Source: a candidate division WOR-3 bacterium (GTDB taxonomy: Bacteria; Hydrothermota; Tepidihabitantia; Tepidihabitantales; JBDRVQ01). Taken from it: a stretch of 64,000 nucleotides of DNA. The notes beneath the pieces are model-generated. The model did not search any database. It was not told the origin of the DNA and worked only from the letters and a program-made list of their open reading frames with translations. The stretch lies in assembly GCA_039801905.1 (NCBI GenBank), contig JBDRVQ010000001.1:29635-93634 (forward strand), read 5' to 3'. This document shows, one piece after another, positions 19,030 through 28,363 of this stretch (the stretch's first letter is position 1; every line of letters begins with the position of its first letter). Made by a program: the position numbers and the translations under genes.

Positions 19030-19440
19030 CAATTGCCAACCCATTTATTGGGAGCGGATGGAAAGCGAAGGCTCTACTCAAAAAGAAAAGATTATCCATC
19101 TCCACTAATCATTCTCAATTAGGCTTCCATTTTCCCTTCGGATTAAACCCATAGTTAGACATAGGATTAAACTCTTTATTATCCCTTCTATTAAACTCTG
19201 AATTAAAGTTCCAATTATACCCTCTTTTAGAGTATTTATTAAATCCTCAATTAGATCTCCAATTACGTGTAAAATTATCCCTTATTTTAGACCCTATATT
19301 ATGCCTTCCATTAAATCCCCGATACCATCCCCTGTATGCTACACCCTTTTTACAAAAATAAATCCCTCCTTTCTAAGGATAGTTTTTCTTATCAGTTAGT
19401 TAATTTATTATATTATAAAGCAATTTTGGAAGATGTCAAT
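19030..19440 (-). repeat. Modular intergenic element copy 4 (inverted): consensus promoter TTGACA -16- TATAAT (19412-19439), core 19317-19370, 12-nt T-A-A-T array about 19100-19316, tail module 19030-19100 shared with copy 2
   Basis: The reverse complement matches the core and tail of copy 2 almost base for base. The promoter hexamers are perfect consensus. Confidence 0.8.
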
Positions 19441-19471
19441 CTCTGGGAAAAGCAAGCCGGGATTTCTTACC

Positions 19472-20356
19472 TTAATTGATAATGATTTCTATTTTAGAAT
19501 ATTTAGGGGAAAGACCGGGCAGAAAACGGGGAGCAATGGCTATCGTCCCCTTAGGAAGGAGAATCCTCTTCTTCAATTCCCTTTCCACCACCTCCACCCA
19601 ACCCGGTAGGAGCTCTTCCTTCTCGGAATAAACAAAGCAAGTGATCTCCCTCTTAAAATTCTCCTTTACCAGATTTGCCGCCTCATCCCATATCTCCTTC
19701 GCCTGAGAAGTCAAATCTTCACCTCCTTCCCCAAATATCTCCCGGGCGGAGATGGCGATAATCTTCTGCCCTTTTTCTTCGTAGAAAATCCCAGGTATTT
19801 TCAAAGGCTCACCCAAAATTTTCGTCTCGTTGCCAATCGCATCATAAGCCGAGAAAGAGAAGGAATAAACCTCACCCGGGATTATCACCTCTCCGGTATT
19901 CTTCCTTCCGTTCCAAACGATGGTTGCCGGTGGCATCCCCTTCCCTTCCAACCTTCTCACCTCCTCTCCTTGGCTATCAAAAATTATCAGACGCCAGGAG
20001 GCAACCGTCTTCTCAAAATGGGGAAATAGGATTAAGACATCACCGTAGATAAATCTCTTTTTCACTGGCACCCGTAAATAGTTGGAGGTGATAAAAAGAG
20101 AGGGAATCGTTAGGGAGTCTACTGTGTAATATAACCGCTCATCGTAGATGTAACCCGAAGGTTTGAGCCTTTCTTCAATTAAAAGGAAAGGGTTGATGGG
20201 AGGCGGGGTGAAGAGTTTCCTTTCGGTGATTAGGTAAGGCTTCTCCCCCTTTATCACCTCTTCCCCAATCTCATAAGGTCTCTTTACCTTACCCGTATCC
20301 GGCTTCAAGGTATCGGGAATTTGGGTGAAGAAAAGAAGAATGAAGAGGTAAATCAC
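19472..20356 (-). CDS. hypothetical exported protein (N-terminal TM/signal; FlgD-Ig-like beta domain), last gene of the TonB operon
   Basis: Hydrophobic N-terminus; no recognisable catalytic motif. Confidence 0.5.
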   Translation of the reverse strand: MIYLFILLFFTQIPDTLKPDTGKVKRPYEIGEEVIKGEKPYLITERKLFTPPPINPFLLIEERLKPSGYIYDERLYYTVDSLTIPSLFITSNYLRVPVKKRFIYGDVLILFPHFEKTVASWRLIIFDSQGEEVRRLEGKGMPPATIVWNGRKNTGEVIIPGEVYSFSFSAYDAIGNETKILGEPLKIPGIFYEEKGQKIIAISAREIFGEGGEDLTSQAKEIWDEAANLVKENFKREITCFVYSEKEELLPGWVEVVERELKKRILLPKGTIAIAPRFLPGLSPKYSKIEIIIN

Positions 20357-21234
20357 ATTAACTCAAACCGAACCGTCACCAATCCCCACTGCGTTTCCTT
20401 CTTCACATTCTCCGGTAAAGGGGCAAACTTCCAACTGGCGAGCGCCATCAGAACCGCTCGGTCTAAATCCGGATAGCCAGAACTTTCCACTACTTCCATA
20501 TTCTCCCGCACATCACCTTCGGGTGTTACCCAAAGCCGGATGATGATTGTTCCGGAAACTCCCTTCTTTAACGCCCAGTCCGGATACCGGGGCAAAACCT
20601 TCCGAAGAATCTTCCTTTCGCTGATGGGACCCGAAACTACGATTGCCGACTGTTGGCAAACGGAAGGGAGAACCGAAGTCACCTCCTCTTTTCCCTTCCG
20701 CTCCAGTAATTTTTCCTTTGGCTTTTCTACCGGTTTTGTCTCAAGTTTGATGGCTGGCTCTTCCAAAACTCCCGGATAACCGGCGATCCCCAAACCACCC
20801 GTTCCCCTTCGGGCACCGTGGGTTAAGGGAACCGGCGCCTCCTTCAAAATCTCTTCGGTAGTCTTTGTCACCCCTTTAATCTTATCCGCAATCCTAATCG
20901 CCCCCATCTCCTCTCCGGTCTCAAAACGGGAAAGGTCAATCTTCGCCTGACTTCTTTCCAACTTCCGGTTCAAATCATAAGCCACCTCTTCTCCACCCCC
21001 ACCCGTACCTGTGACCGAAGCCGGGACCTCCGCCTCTATTGGTCCAAAACCTTCCTTTGGTGGGGGAAGGATCTTCGCCACCTCCGGTCGGTAGGTCTGG
21101 TCAATCAGAGAAACCTCTTTTATCTCCTCATAAGAGAAGACCCTTTCCCGGCGGGAGTTGAAAAATAAAAATAGTAAAAGATGAAAGAGGATTGAGAGGG
21201 CTAAAGAAATCTCTGTTGGTTTTAACCTTCTCAT
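20353..21234 (-). CDS. tonB: energy transducer TonB
   Basis: N-terminal TM anchor, Pro/Glu/Lys-rich spacer, C-terminal TonB domain (GTIIIRLWVTPEGDV...). Confidence 0.75.
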   Translation of the reverse strand: MRRLKPTEISLALSILFHLLLFLFFNSRRERVFSYEEIKEVSLIDQTYRPEVAKILPPPKEGFGPIEAEVPASVTGTGGGGEEVAYDLNRKLERSQAKIDLSRFETGEEMGAIRIADKIKGVTKTTEEILKEAPVPLTHGARRGTGGLGIAGYPGVLEEPAIKLETKPVEKPKEKLLERKGKEEVTSVLPSVCQQSAIVVSGPISERKILRKVLPRYPDWALKKGVSGTIIIRLWVTPEGDVRENMEVVESSGYPDLDRAVLMALASWKFAPLPENVKKETQWGLVTVRFELM

Positions 21235-21686
21235 TTCTTTTTGGTCGCGCAGGCAATTCTCTTCGCCCCTGCCCCTTTCGCCAGGGAAAGGAGTTCTAAG
21301 ACATCCTCATAAAGAACCTCCTTATCCGCCCGGACGACAACCAACCGATAAGGGTCACGCTCAATTATCTTTCGGATCTCCTCCTTCATCGCTTCCTTAG
21401 TGATTGGCACATCTTGAAAGAATAACTTACCATCCTGGGTTAAGGCAATCGCGATATCATCCTCCACCTTTCTCTCGGCGGTATGAGCGGAAGGGACATT
21501 CACCGGTATTCGGGTATGACTCATCACCATCGGCGCCACCATTATCATCATCACCACCAAAAGGAGACCGATACAAGCCATCGGCAGGATATCAATATTT
21601 GCCACTCCCTTTCTCTTCATCTTTCCCTTAAAAATTTTAGCCAAAGATGAGAAAATGTCAATTTTCATTTTAGCCGCAAAAGACAC
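21231..21686 (-). CDS. exbD: biopolymer transport protein ExbD/TolR
   Basis: Single N-terminal TM and ExbD-like periplasmic domain; about 150 aa. Confidence 0.7.
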   Translation of the reverse strand: MSFAAKMKIDIFSSLAKIFKGKMKRKGVANIDILPMACIGLLLVVMMIMVAPMVMSHTRIPVNVPSAHTAERKVEDDIAIALTQDGKLFFQDVPITKEAMKEEIRKIIERDPYRLVVVRADKEVLYEDVLELLSLAKGAGAKRIACATKKK

Positions 21687-22072
21687 AATTGCCCCGCCCC
21701 CAACCTCTTCGCCATATCCAAAATTGTCACTACCCGCTCGTAGCGAATCCCCTTCTCCGCGCTGACGATTACCCTCTTCTCTAAACTCCGCGCCAAAAGT
21801 TGCGGTAAAAGTTCTTCCAATTTCTCATAGGTGACAACCTCTTCATTGAGGAGGATACCCCCATCACTTTTTAAGTGAATATTCACCTTAATATCACTCG
21901 CCTCTGCCCCCACCGCTTTGCTCACACTCGGGGTGGAAACGAAGATCCCGGTTTCAAAAAAGAAGGGTAGGGCAACAATGAAACCGATTACCAAAGAGAG
22001 GGCAATATCCACTAAGGAGGTAAGGATTAAACCCTCCCTTTTCGGTCCTGGTCTTATCCTTTTCCGACGCAT
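21665..22072 (-). CDS. exbD: biopolymer transport protein ExbD/TolR (second copy)
   Basis: 135 aa, TM followed by an ExbD fold-like region. Confidence 0.7.
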   Translation of the reverse strand: MRRKRIRPGPKREGLILTSLVDIALSLVIGFIVALPFFFETGIFVSTPSVSKAVGAEASDIKVNIHLKSDGGILLNEEVVTYEKLEELLPQLLARSLEKRVIVSAEKGIRYERVVTILDMAKRLGAGQLCLLRLK

Positions 22073-22752
22073 CAGAATTCCCAGTACTCCTTCCGCTCTT
22101 CTTCCCTCTTTATCTCATCTCTTCTGGTCATCTCCCCCCGATGGGCATAAAGGCTCACAATTAATCTTTCCCCAATCCCTTCCAATTCTAAGGAGATATC
22201 CGATGCCTTCTTCGTAAAGTAATTATAAAAGAAAAGGGTAGGGATACCGATAAAAAGACCAAAGGCGGTAGTTAAAAGCGCTTCGGCAATCCCTCGGGAA
22301 ACAACCGCTGGACCACCGGAACCGGTGACGGCGATATTGTGGAACGCCTTGATTAAACCGACCACGGTTCCCAAAAGTCCCAAAAGGGTTGCCCCATTCG
22401 CCAAGGTCCCCATACCCCCGAGATACCTCTCATAACGAACCCTCTCTTCTAAGATCTGACCGTAAAAGAGATTGGAAAGTTCATCCGGAGCAAGATTTCT
22501 ATTCTCTAAACCCAAAAGGAAAAGTCGCCCCAGGGGACTTTTCAGACCGGCGGCATAGCGTTTTGCCCCTTCCCAATCGCCTTCTTTCAGATAGGAGAAG
22601 AACTCTTTCACCCATCGGCTATTTACCCGATTCTTGGCAAAATACCACCACCGCTCAATGATTAAGGTTAAGGCAGCAATGGAAGCGAAAAGCAAAAGGA
22701 CCATTATGAGACTATTCTTAAATATCTCGTATAAAGTCTGGCCTAAAATCAT
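22072..22752 (-). CDS. exbB: MotA/TolQ/ExbB proton channel protein
   Basis: Three TM helices; conserved GxxGTVxGL...AF C-terminal channel motif. Confidence 0.8.
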   Translation of the reverse strand: MILGQTLYEIFKNSLIMVLLLFASIAALTLIIERWWYFAKNRVNSRWVKEFFSYLKEGDWEGAKRYAAGLKSPLGRLFLLGLENRNLAPDELSNLFYGQILEERVRYERYLGGMGTLANGATLLGLLGTVVGLIKAFHNIAVTGSGGPAVVSRGIAEALLTTAFGLFIGIPTLFFYNYFTKKASDISLELEGIGERLIVSLYAHRGEMTRRDEIKREEERKEYWEF

Positions 22753-22764
22753 CTCCTCTCCTCC

Positions 22765-25236
22765 TCACTCCTTTCCTAACCTCTTCTTACAGAGGTCAAT
22801 ATTTTTTGTGGCACTCTCCCTCAACTCTCCGGCCGGAAAGGAGTCAATCACAACTTGAAAATTCTCCAATGCCTTTTCATAATCCCCAAGATTGAAAAGG
22901 GTGGTGGCGAGATTGAAGTAAGCCACCTCCCGGGCCGGATGGTTGGGGAAGTATCTTAAAAACTTCTCATAACTCCGCTTCGCCTCTTCCCAATTCTTCA
23001 TATTGGTGTAGGTCTCGGCGATTAAGAGTTGAGCATCACCCGCCAGTTCGCTTCCCGGCAAAGCGACCACCACTTTGGTCAATTCGCTAATTGCCCTTTC
23101 CGGTTCGTTGGCGGCGAGATATTCCTTTGCCCGAGTGAGTAACAATTCTCCGGCGTATTCCGATTCCGGAAACTTGTCTAAAAACTCCTTTAAGATTAGA
23201 GTATCCTCTTCACTCGCTTTATAATAAGAGAGTTCTAAGGATTTTTTCACCCCTCCCGCTTGCACATCTTCCGGGAAGAGGTCTAAAAACTTTAAGTATT
23301 CCCTCACCGCCTCTTTATAATTTTTCTCGTTATAATAACTCTGGGCGATCAATGCCTGGGAGGGAGGGGCGAATTCGCTTTTGGGAAAACGCTCCACGAC
23401 AAACCGGAAGATCCCTCGCGCCTGTTCGTATTCCCGCGCCTTAAAGTAGACATCCCCAGCCCGAAAACCCGCCTCGGCACTCCTTTCGGAAAAGGGAAAC
23501 TTATCCAAAACCTTCTGCCAGTGCTCCACCGCCTGGCCATAATATTTTAGAAAATAATAACAGAATCCAGCATAAAAGTGGGCAATCTCTAAGGAGATTT
23601 GATTCTCGGGGAATTCTTCAATTACCCCCTCAAAGATATCCAATGCCTTTTCGTATTCCCGACTGTTGAAATAAGAGTAAGCCAATCCCAAAAGGGCGGA
23701 GATGGTGAAAAGGGTATCGGTGGGAAGAGATTTGTAGAGGTTTTCAAAGATGGGGATCGCCTCCTTCAACCTGCCGCTGGCGTAAAGGCAATATGCCTTA
23801 CCCAAACGCCCATAAGGATTCCGAACCTGGTCGTAATAAAACTCTGCCTCAGAGTACCGATTCAAATAGTAGTAGGTCTCCCCCAAGAGATAATAAATCT
23901 CTCTCCCTAAGGCCTCATCCCTTAATGGGTTCTCTTTTAGATACCTCTGGACAATCGCCACTCCTTTTTCTAAATCAGCAAAACCACCCTTCTCCTTTAA
24001 AATTTTATTGAGGAGGGAAAGGAGGAATAAAGAGCCCGCCTTATCTTTAATCGGTGCCTCCGCCGCACTCGTAATCACCCTTTCAAAAGAATTTGCCGCC
24101 TCTCCGTAGTTACCCAGTTGGAAGGATAAAATCCCGACAAAATAATCGCCCAAACCCGCCAATTCCTTTTCCGAAAATATCTTCCTCAACTGGTTAGCCG
24201 TTAACACGGTCTCTAAGGTATCGCCCCGGAGCATAAGGGCATAAGGGATGAAGATGTTAGCAAAGAGCGCCACCTTCGTCTTGGGATAAGAACTTCTTGT
24301 CCGCTCAAAGGCGGCAATCGCTTCGGTGTATTTCCCCAAACCCATATAGGCGACACCGATGAAGTAGTTAGCCTGGGCGGCAAGGAGATTATTGGGATGA
24401 CGGGTAAGGGGACGGAGGAGAGAGATTGCCTTCTCGTATTTCCGGATCCCCAAAAGGGAAGTGGCGTAAAAATAGGAGGCGTAGTCAAAAAGGGAAGGTG
24501 GTGCTTCCTTTAAGAAGGATTCAAATTTCACCGCTGCCCCTTCATAGTCGCCATTGAGATAAAGGCTAAGCCCCTGGTGAAACTTAGCGTATAATGACAA
24601 TTGGGTATTCGGAGAAGAAGAAGCCACTTCCTTTAATACCGAAAGTGCCTCCAAGGGAGAACCTAATTTCGCTAAAGCCTTCCCGTAGAAATACCTCCCT
24701 TCCAAGATCTTCACATCCATTAAACGGGCGGCGGCTAACTTCTCCTCACCCTGGAAGTAATTGAGCACCCCATAAGCAAATTGCACCCGCTCGTCTTCCT
24801 TATAAATGGGATTGGCGGAAATCTTCTTTAAGGCATCCTCCGCTTTTCCGAATTCTCCCAGGACGACGCAGGAAAGGGCATAACCGTATAAGGCTTCGGC
24901 TAAAAGATAGGAGAAAGATTTCCCTTCAAAGGCGAGATACTCAAAAATCTTTTTCGCATTAGCAAAATCACCGGCATTGAAGTAGACTTCTGCTAAGGCA
25001 TAACGAATTTCCGACCCGTATTCTGAACCCCCATAGGTCGCAAGAAGGGATAAGAGTAATTTTTCTGCCTTTTTGTAATCACCCTTCTTTGCGAAAAGCA
25101 GCGCTTCGTTATACCGTTGCGCCAAATCTTCCAACTTCTTCGGCGGCAGGAAAGCGAAAGTTTCATTTAAGATGGAGAAGAGAAGGCAGAAGGTAAAAAA
25201 AATAAAGGGTTTTAAGGTTTCTCCCAATCTTCTCAT
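22765..25236 (-). CDS. tetratricopeptide-repeat (TPR) protein, secreted
   Basis: More than 15 TPR-like 34-aa units (AxxYYxLGxxYxxxGxYxEA pattern); signal peptide. Confidence 0.7.
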   Translation of the reverse strand: MRRLGETLKPFIFFTFCLLFSILNETFAFLPPKKLEDLAQRYNEALLFAKKGDYKKAEKLLLSLLATYGGSEYGSEIRYALAEVYFNAGDFANAKKIFEYLAFEGKSFSYLLAEALYGYALSCVVLGEFGKAEDALKKISANPIYKEDERVQFAYGVLNYFQGEEKLAAARLMDVKILEGRYFYGKALAKLGSPLEALSVLKEVASSSPNTQLSLYAKFHQGLSLYLNGDYEGAAVKFESFLKEAPPSLFDYASYFYATSLLGIRKYEKAISLLRPLTRHPNNLLAAQANYFIGVAYMGLGKYTEAIAAFERTRSSYPKTKVALFANIFIPYALMLRGDTLETVLTANQLRKIFSEKELAGLGDYFVGILSFQLGNYGEAANSFERVITSAAEAPIKDKAGSLFLLSLLNKILKEKGGFADLEKGVAIVQRYLKENPLRDEALGREIYYLLGETYYYLNRYSEAEFYYDQVRNPYGRLGKAYCLYASGRLKEAIPIFENLYKSLPTDTLFTISALLGLAYSYFNSREYEKALDIFEGVIEEFPENQISLEIAHFYAGFCYYFLKYYGQAVEHWQKVLDKFPFSERSAEAGFRAGDVYFKAREYEQARGIFRFVVERFPKSEFAPPSQALIAQSYYNEKNYKEAVREYLKFLDLFPEDVQAGGVKKSLELSYYKASEEDTLILKEFLDKFPESEYAGELLLTRAKEYLAANEPERAISELTKVVVALPGSELAGDAQLLIAETYTNMKNWEEAKRSYEKFLRYFPNHPAREVAYFNLATTLFNLGDYEKALENFQVVIDSFPAGELRESATKNIDLCKKRLGKE

Positions 25237-26525
25237 TCCTTCACTTTTATCCTACCCGCTGGTCCTTTGGTCTTAACGGTGGTCAAAAAACCGGAGTTCT
25301 GAAAGGACTCATTACGGATATCAACCAGGGTGATCTCATAATAGTATTTACCATCCGCTACCAAGCGCGTCGCCTCATCTAAACCATCCCAAGTTAAACG
25401 GGTGGGCGGTTCCTCCCAACCGGAATAGTTCCTCACCACCTCTCCCAATTCGTTTTTAATCAAAAGTTGCCACCTCTTCACCTTTCGCTTGGTAGTATAT
25501 TTCAAATTCATCGCCAAAATGTTCTCCCCCACCCCGGGCTGGGGAGAGAAGATTTTCGGATAACTCTCAATCCAGATCCGAAAGCCACCGAATTTCAAGG
25601 CAAGACCCAATTTATGGGTTGGTTTCAAAATGAAATTGGATTGGTGATGTAAAAGTAAGGCATAGTCAATAAAAAGGGATGATTTATTTCCCGTTCGGCC
25701 CAACCCCAAACCCAAACTGATCTCCCTCTTATCCAAGCCGGTCCTCTGGACAAGCATCCCTTTCACCAATTCAAACTCCACCCCGAAGTGCGGGTCTAAA
25801 TAGCGAGAAGAGAATCCTTCGGAGAAGAGGGCAAAAGGTGATAAGATATCAAAGAGCACCTTTATGCGGTCTTGATAAGTCCGCCAGCAGAGACCGAGCC
25901 GGAAGGAACGGGGATAGATCTCTTCCTCACCAAAATCAAGCAATCTCATCTTTGGCTCCCAAAGGTTCTGGATAAATAGACCAGAAGAGAGGAAAGAGGT
26001 CGGCTTATAAAAAATACCAAAATCCGCTCCGAAACCCGCCCCGGAATAGAGGTATAATGCCTTGGCGATAATTTTCAGGTTGAGACCAAAGGAAAAATTG
26101 GAAAGTGGGGAATAGGCATAAGAGAAGATATAGGCATTCTCATAAAAGAAGGTAGGATTACCTTGATAATTATCCGGGGTGCGGGAATCTAATCCTTCAC
26201 TCCCGAAGTTCAAAAGCGAAAGACCAAAACTCCCGAAATATTTTGTCGGCAGGGCGTAACCGATATATTCCAACCTTGCCCCGTAAAGGGTGAAGTGGGA
26301 AAGCCTCACTTCTTGATTGAGAAGCTGCCAAAGTCCGGCGGGATTAAAATAAGTTGCCTCTTGGTCATCCGCCAAACCGCAGAAAGCCTTGCCCAAGGCT
26401 AAACTTCTGGGAGTTACCCCATAATTCAAAAAGGCACCAGGTTCCCCTCCGGGAAAGGCATAAGACGAATAAGCAAAAAATAAGATGGCAAAACCTAGGA
26501 AATTAAATCTTAAAACTTTTACCAT
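25233..26525 (-). CDS. outer-membrane beta-barrel protein, PorV/PorQ-family-like (T9SS-associated) with C-terminal FlgD-Ig-like domain
   Basis: Signal peptide; N-terminal ALGKAFCGLADDQEATYFNPAGL resembles the PorV family signature. Confidence 0.45.
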   Translation of the reverse strand: MVKVLRFNFLGFAILFFAYSSYAFPGGEPGAFLNYGVTPRSLALGKAFCGLADDQEATYFNPAGLWQLLNQEVRLSHFTLYGARLEYIGYALPTKYFGSFGLSLLNFGSEGLDSRTPDNYQGNPTFFYENAYIFSYAYSPLSNFSFGLNLKIIAKALYLYSGAGFGADFGIFYKPTSFLSSGLFIQNLWEPKMRLLDFGEEEIYPRSFRLGLCWRTYQDRIKVLFDILSPFALFSEGFSSRYLDPHFGVEFELVKGMLVQRTGLDKREISLGLGLGRTGNKSSLFIDYALLLHHQSNFILKPTHKLGLALKFGGFRIWIESYPKIFSPQPGVGENILAMNLKYTTKRKVKRWQLLIKNELGEVVRNYSGWEEPPTRLTWDGLDEATRLVADGKYYYEITLVDIRNESFQNSGFLTTVKTKGPAGRIKVKE

Positions 26526-28192
26526 ACCACGCCGATGCGATAGCCTTTATCAAATATCCTGCCGGTATGAGCAATTCCCACCACCCGAACGTAGTAAATC
26601 CCGGATGCGACCTTATCCCCTTTATCATCCCTCCCATCCCAAACCACAACATTCACCCCTTTCCTCGCTCCCATCTCCCCTTTTTTAATGAGCCTTTTAT
26701 AGATGGGATTGCCGAATGGGTCGTAGATTAAAATCTTGGTATCAACATTATCCCTTAAATGGTAGATAATCTTAGTGAAGTTTTGATTCAAATTACCAAA
26801 GGGATTGGGAATGGCAATAATCTCTCCCCGCATCACCTCATTATCAAAGACCTCTGCCCAGATGCCAATTACTGTGTCAACCGTATCCGCCCGGATTAAA
26901 ATGGAATCCCTTTCGGAAACGGAATCTTTTAAGTTGGGAATGGGCACAATGAAACGCGCCTTTCCCCAGCCTAAGGAATCAGTGACGATCACCGAATCAA
27001 GCATCTCCCCTTTACCTTTTATCACCTTAAACTCAACCCGCTTGTAAGGAATCGGCACACTCGCCCCATCAAGAACCAATACCGAAATCTCTGTGGGCCA
27101 ACCGGCCAAGATTGTATCCGCGTGGTTGACAAAGAGGTAAACCGCCTTGGGGATGATATTCAAAAAGGAACGGTAAGTCTCAAGACCTCTCTTGGAAACT
27201 GCCCAGAGATTTTGATTCTCACCGGCAAAATAAAACGCCACCTTCGCTTTTCCACTATCATTAAGCACAATTGGCTGGGGATGGTAAGAAAAGGAGAAAT
27301 CGGAAAGAAGATAAACCGTATCCTGAGCGGCGGTTGGATTATAAAAGGAGTCGCAACCCACTACCCGGACAAGAAAGGAATCGGAAACATACTGTGGGAT
27401 AGGCTTTCCTCTCTTTCCCGGTGTCTGCCAGGCTAAAGTAGTGGTGTCACCAAATTGGAAATCCTCACCGGGCAAAAGTAAAAGAAGTCGGGAATAGAAA
27501 TTGGGCCGAACCAAAAATTGGGAGGAAGTATCGCTTCTGATTGTGATATCAGATAAGTCCCAGGCGGTGATAAAACGGGAGCCCTGAGAACGGGGAAGAA
27601 AAGGAAAATTTGCCCACCCCTCACTCAAAGAGATGGTGGAAGGATAACTGGCAAAGGAATCGGAAGAGAAGAGTCCCACCGTATCAAACCGGTTCTTCAC
27701 CACATTGAAATTCTTATCCACTAAATAAACCTTCCCGGTAAAAGAAAGACCTGCGGTCTGGGGTTGGGGCGAATAGTGTTTACCGAGAGGAGAACCAGGA
27801 AGTAAGGTCTCACCCGGGCAGATTAAGAGAAGTTTCTTTGGTTCATTGGGAGAGAAGATAATTTTTGCCGTTTGACCCCGAATCAAACCATCCTCCACTA
27901 AAATTCTTAAACTCTCATCAGCAATTGTCACAACCGCCTTACACCTTATCTCCCCCCGATAAAAATTTAAGAGGGGTGGATAGATATAAGACCAGGGCCA
28001 GAGTCCGTCAAGAGAAGTCTTCAAAAGTGCCCGGCCGTTATAAGAAGTATCAACCTCACCGTTCGCCTTGCGGGCAACCACATAGATATAAAAAGAGTCC
28101 CCGGCGATACCCCCGGTTTGGGGATATTCTAAAAAATCAAAGTAGGCAGTTTGGGAGAAGAGGAAGAAGATGGAAAGGAGATTAAATATCAT
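26519..28192 (-). CDS. secreted protein with T9SS C-terminal sorting domain (Por_Secre_tail/FlgD-Ig-like)
   Basis: C-terminal VVWDGRDDKGDKVASGIYYVRV motif; N-terminal signal peptide. Confidence 0.55.
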   Translation of the reverse strand: MIFNLLSIFFLFSQTAYFDFLEYPQTGGIAGDSFYIYVVARKANGEVDTSYNGRALLKTSLDGLWPWSYIYPPLLNFYRGEIRCKAVVTIADESLRILVEDGLIRGQTAKIIFSPNEPKKLLLICPGETLLPGSPLGKHYSPQPQTAGLSFTGKVYLVDKNFNVVKNRFDTVGLFSSDSFASYPSTISLSEGWANFPFLPRSQGSRFITAWDLSDITIRSDTSSQFLVRPNFYSRLLLLLPGEDFQFGDTTTLAWQTPGKRGKPIPQYVSDSFLVRVVGCDSFYNPTAAQDTVYLLSDFSFSYHPQPIVLNDSGKAKVAFYFAGENQNLWAVSKRGLETYRSFLNIIPKAVYLFVNHADTILAGWPTEISVLVLDGASVPIPYKRVEFKVIKGKGEMLDSVIVTDSLGWGKARFIVPIPNLKDSVSERDSILIRADTVDTVIGIWAEVFDNEVMRGEIIAIPNPFGNLNQNFTKIIYHLRDNVDTKILIYDPFGNPIYKRLIKKGEMGARKGVNVVVWDGRDDKGDKVASGIYYVRVVGIAHTGRIFDKGYRIGVVW

Positions 28193-28200
28193 AATCTTCT

Positions 28201-28229
28201 ATCTTATAAGATAATCAAAAATAAGTCAA
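28201..28229 (-). promoter_or_regulatory. sigma-70-like promoter TTGACT -17- TAAGAT, 8 nt upstream of the ATG at 28192
   Basis: Read from the sequence. Confidence 0.35.
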
Positions 28230-28242
28230 GCACCCGTTTATA

Positions 28243-28257
28243 GCAATTATTGTGCCA
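28243..28257 (-). promoter_or_regulatory. sigma-54 (RpoN) promoter: TGGCAC-aataa-TTGCT, exact -24/-12 consensus, oriented toward the T9SS/TonB operon
   Basis: Reverse complement of agcaattattgtgcca. Chance expectation in 128 kb of two-strand sequence is about 0.1. Intergenic and correctly oriented. Confidence 0.6.
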
Positions 28258-28363
28258 CTGAAATTCTATCGGATAAATCCCCATTTTCTCCAAATAAAAG
28301 AAGGTTCTGTGCCAATCTTTACTCAGAAAGCCAAATCTTTGCACACTTGCCAAAGAAGCCCCC

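Noticed and set aside
19021-19057. Plus-strand TTGACA at 19026-19031 inside the copy 4 tail
   Set aside because: No acceptable -10 hexamer at 16-18 nt spacing and no downstream gene on the plus strand.
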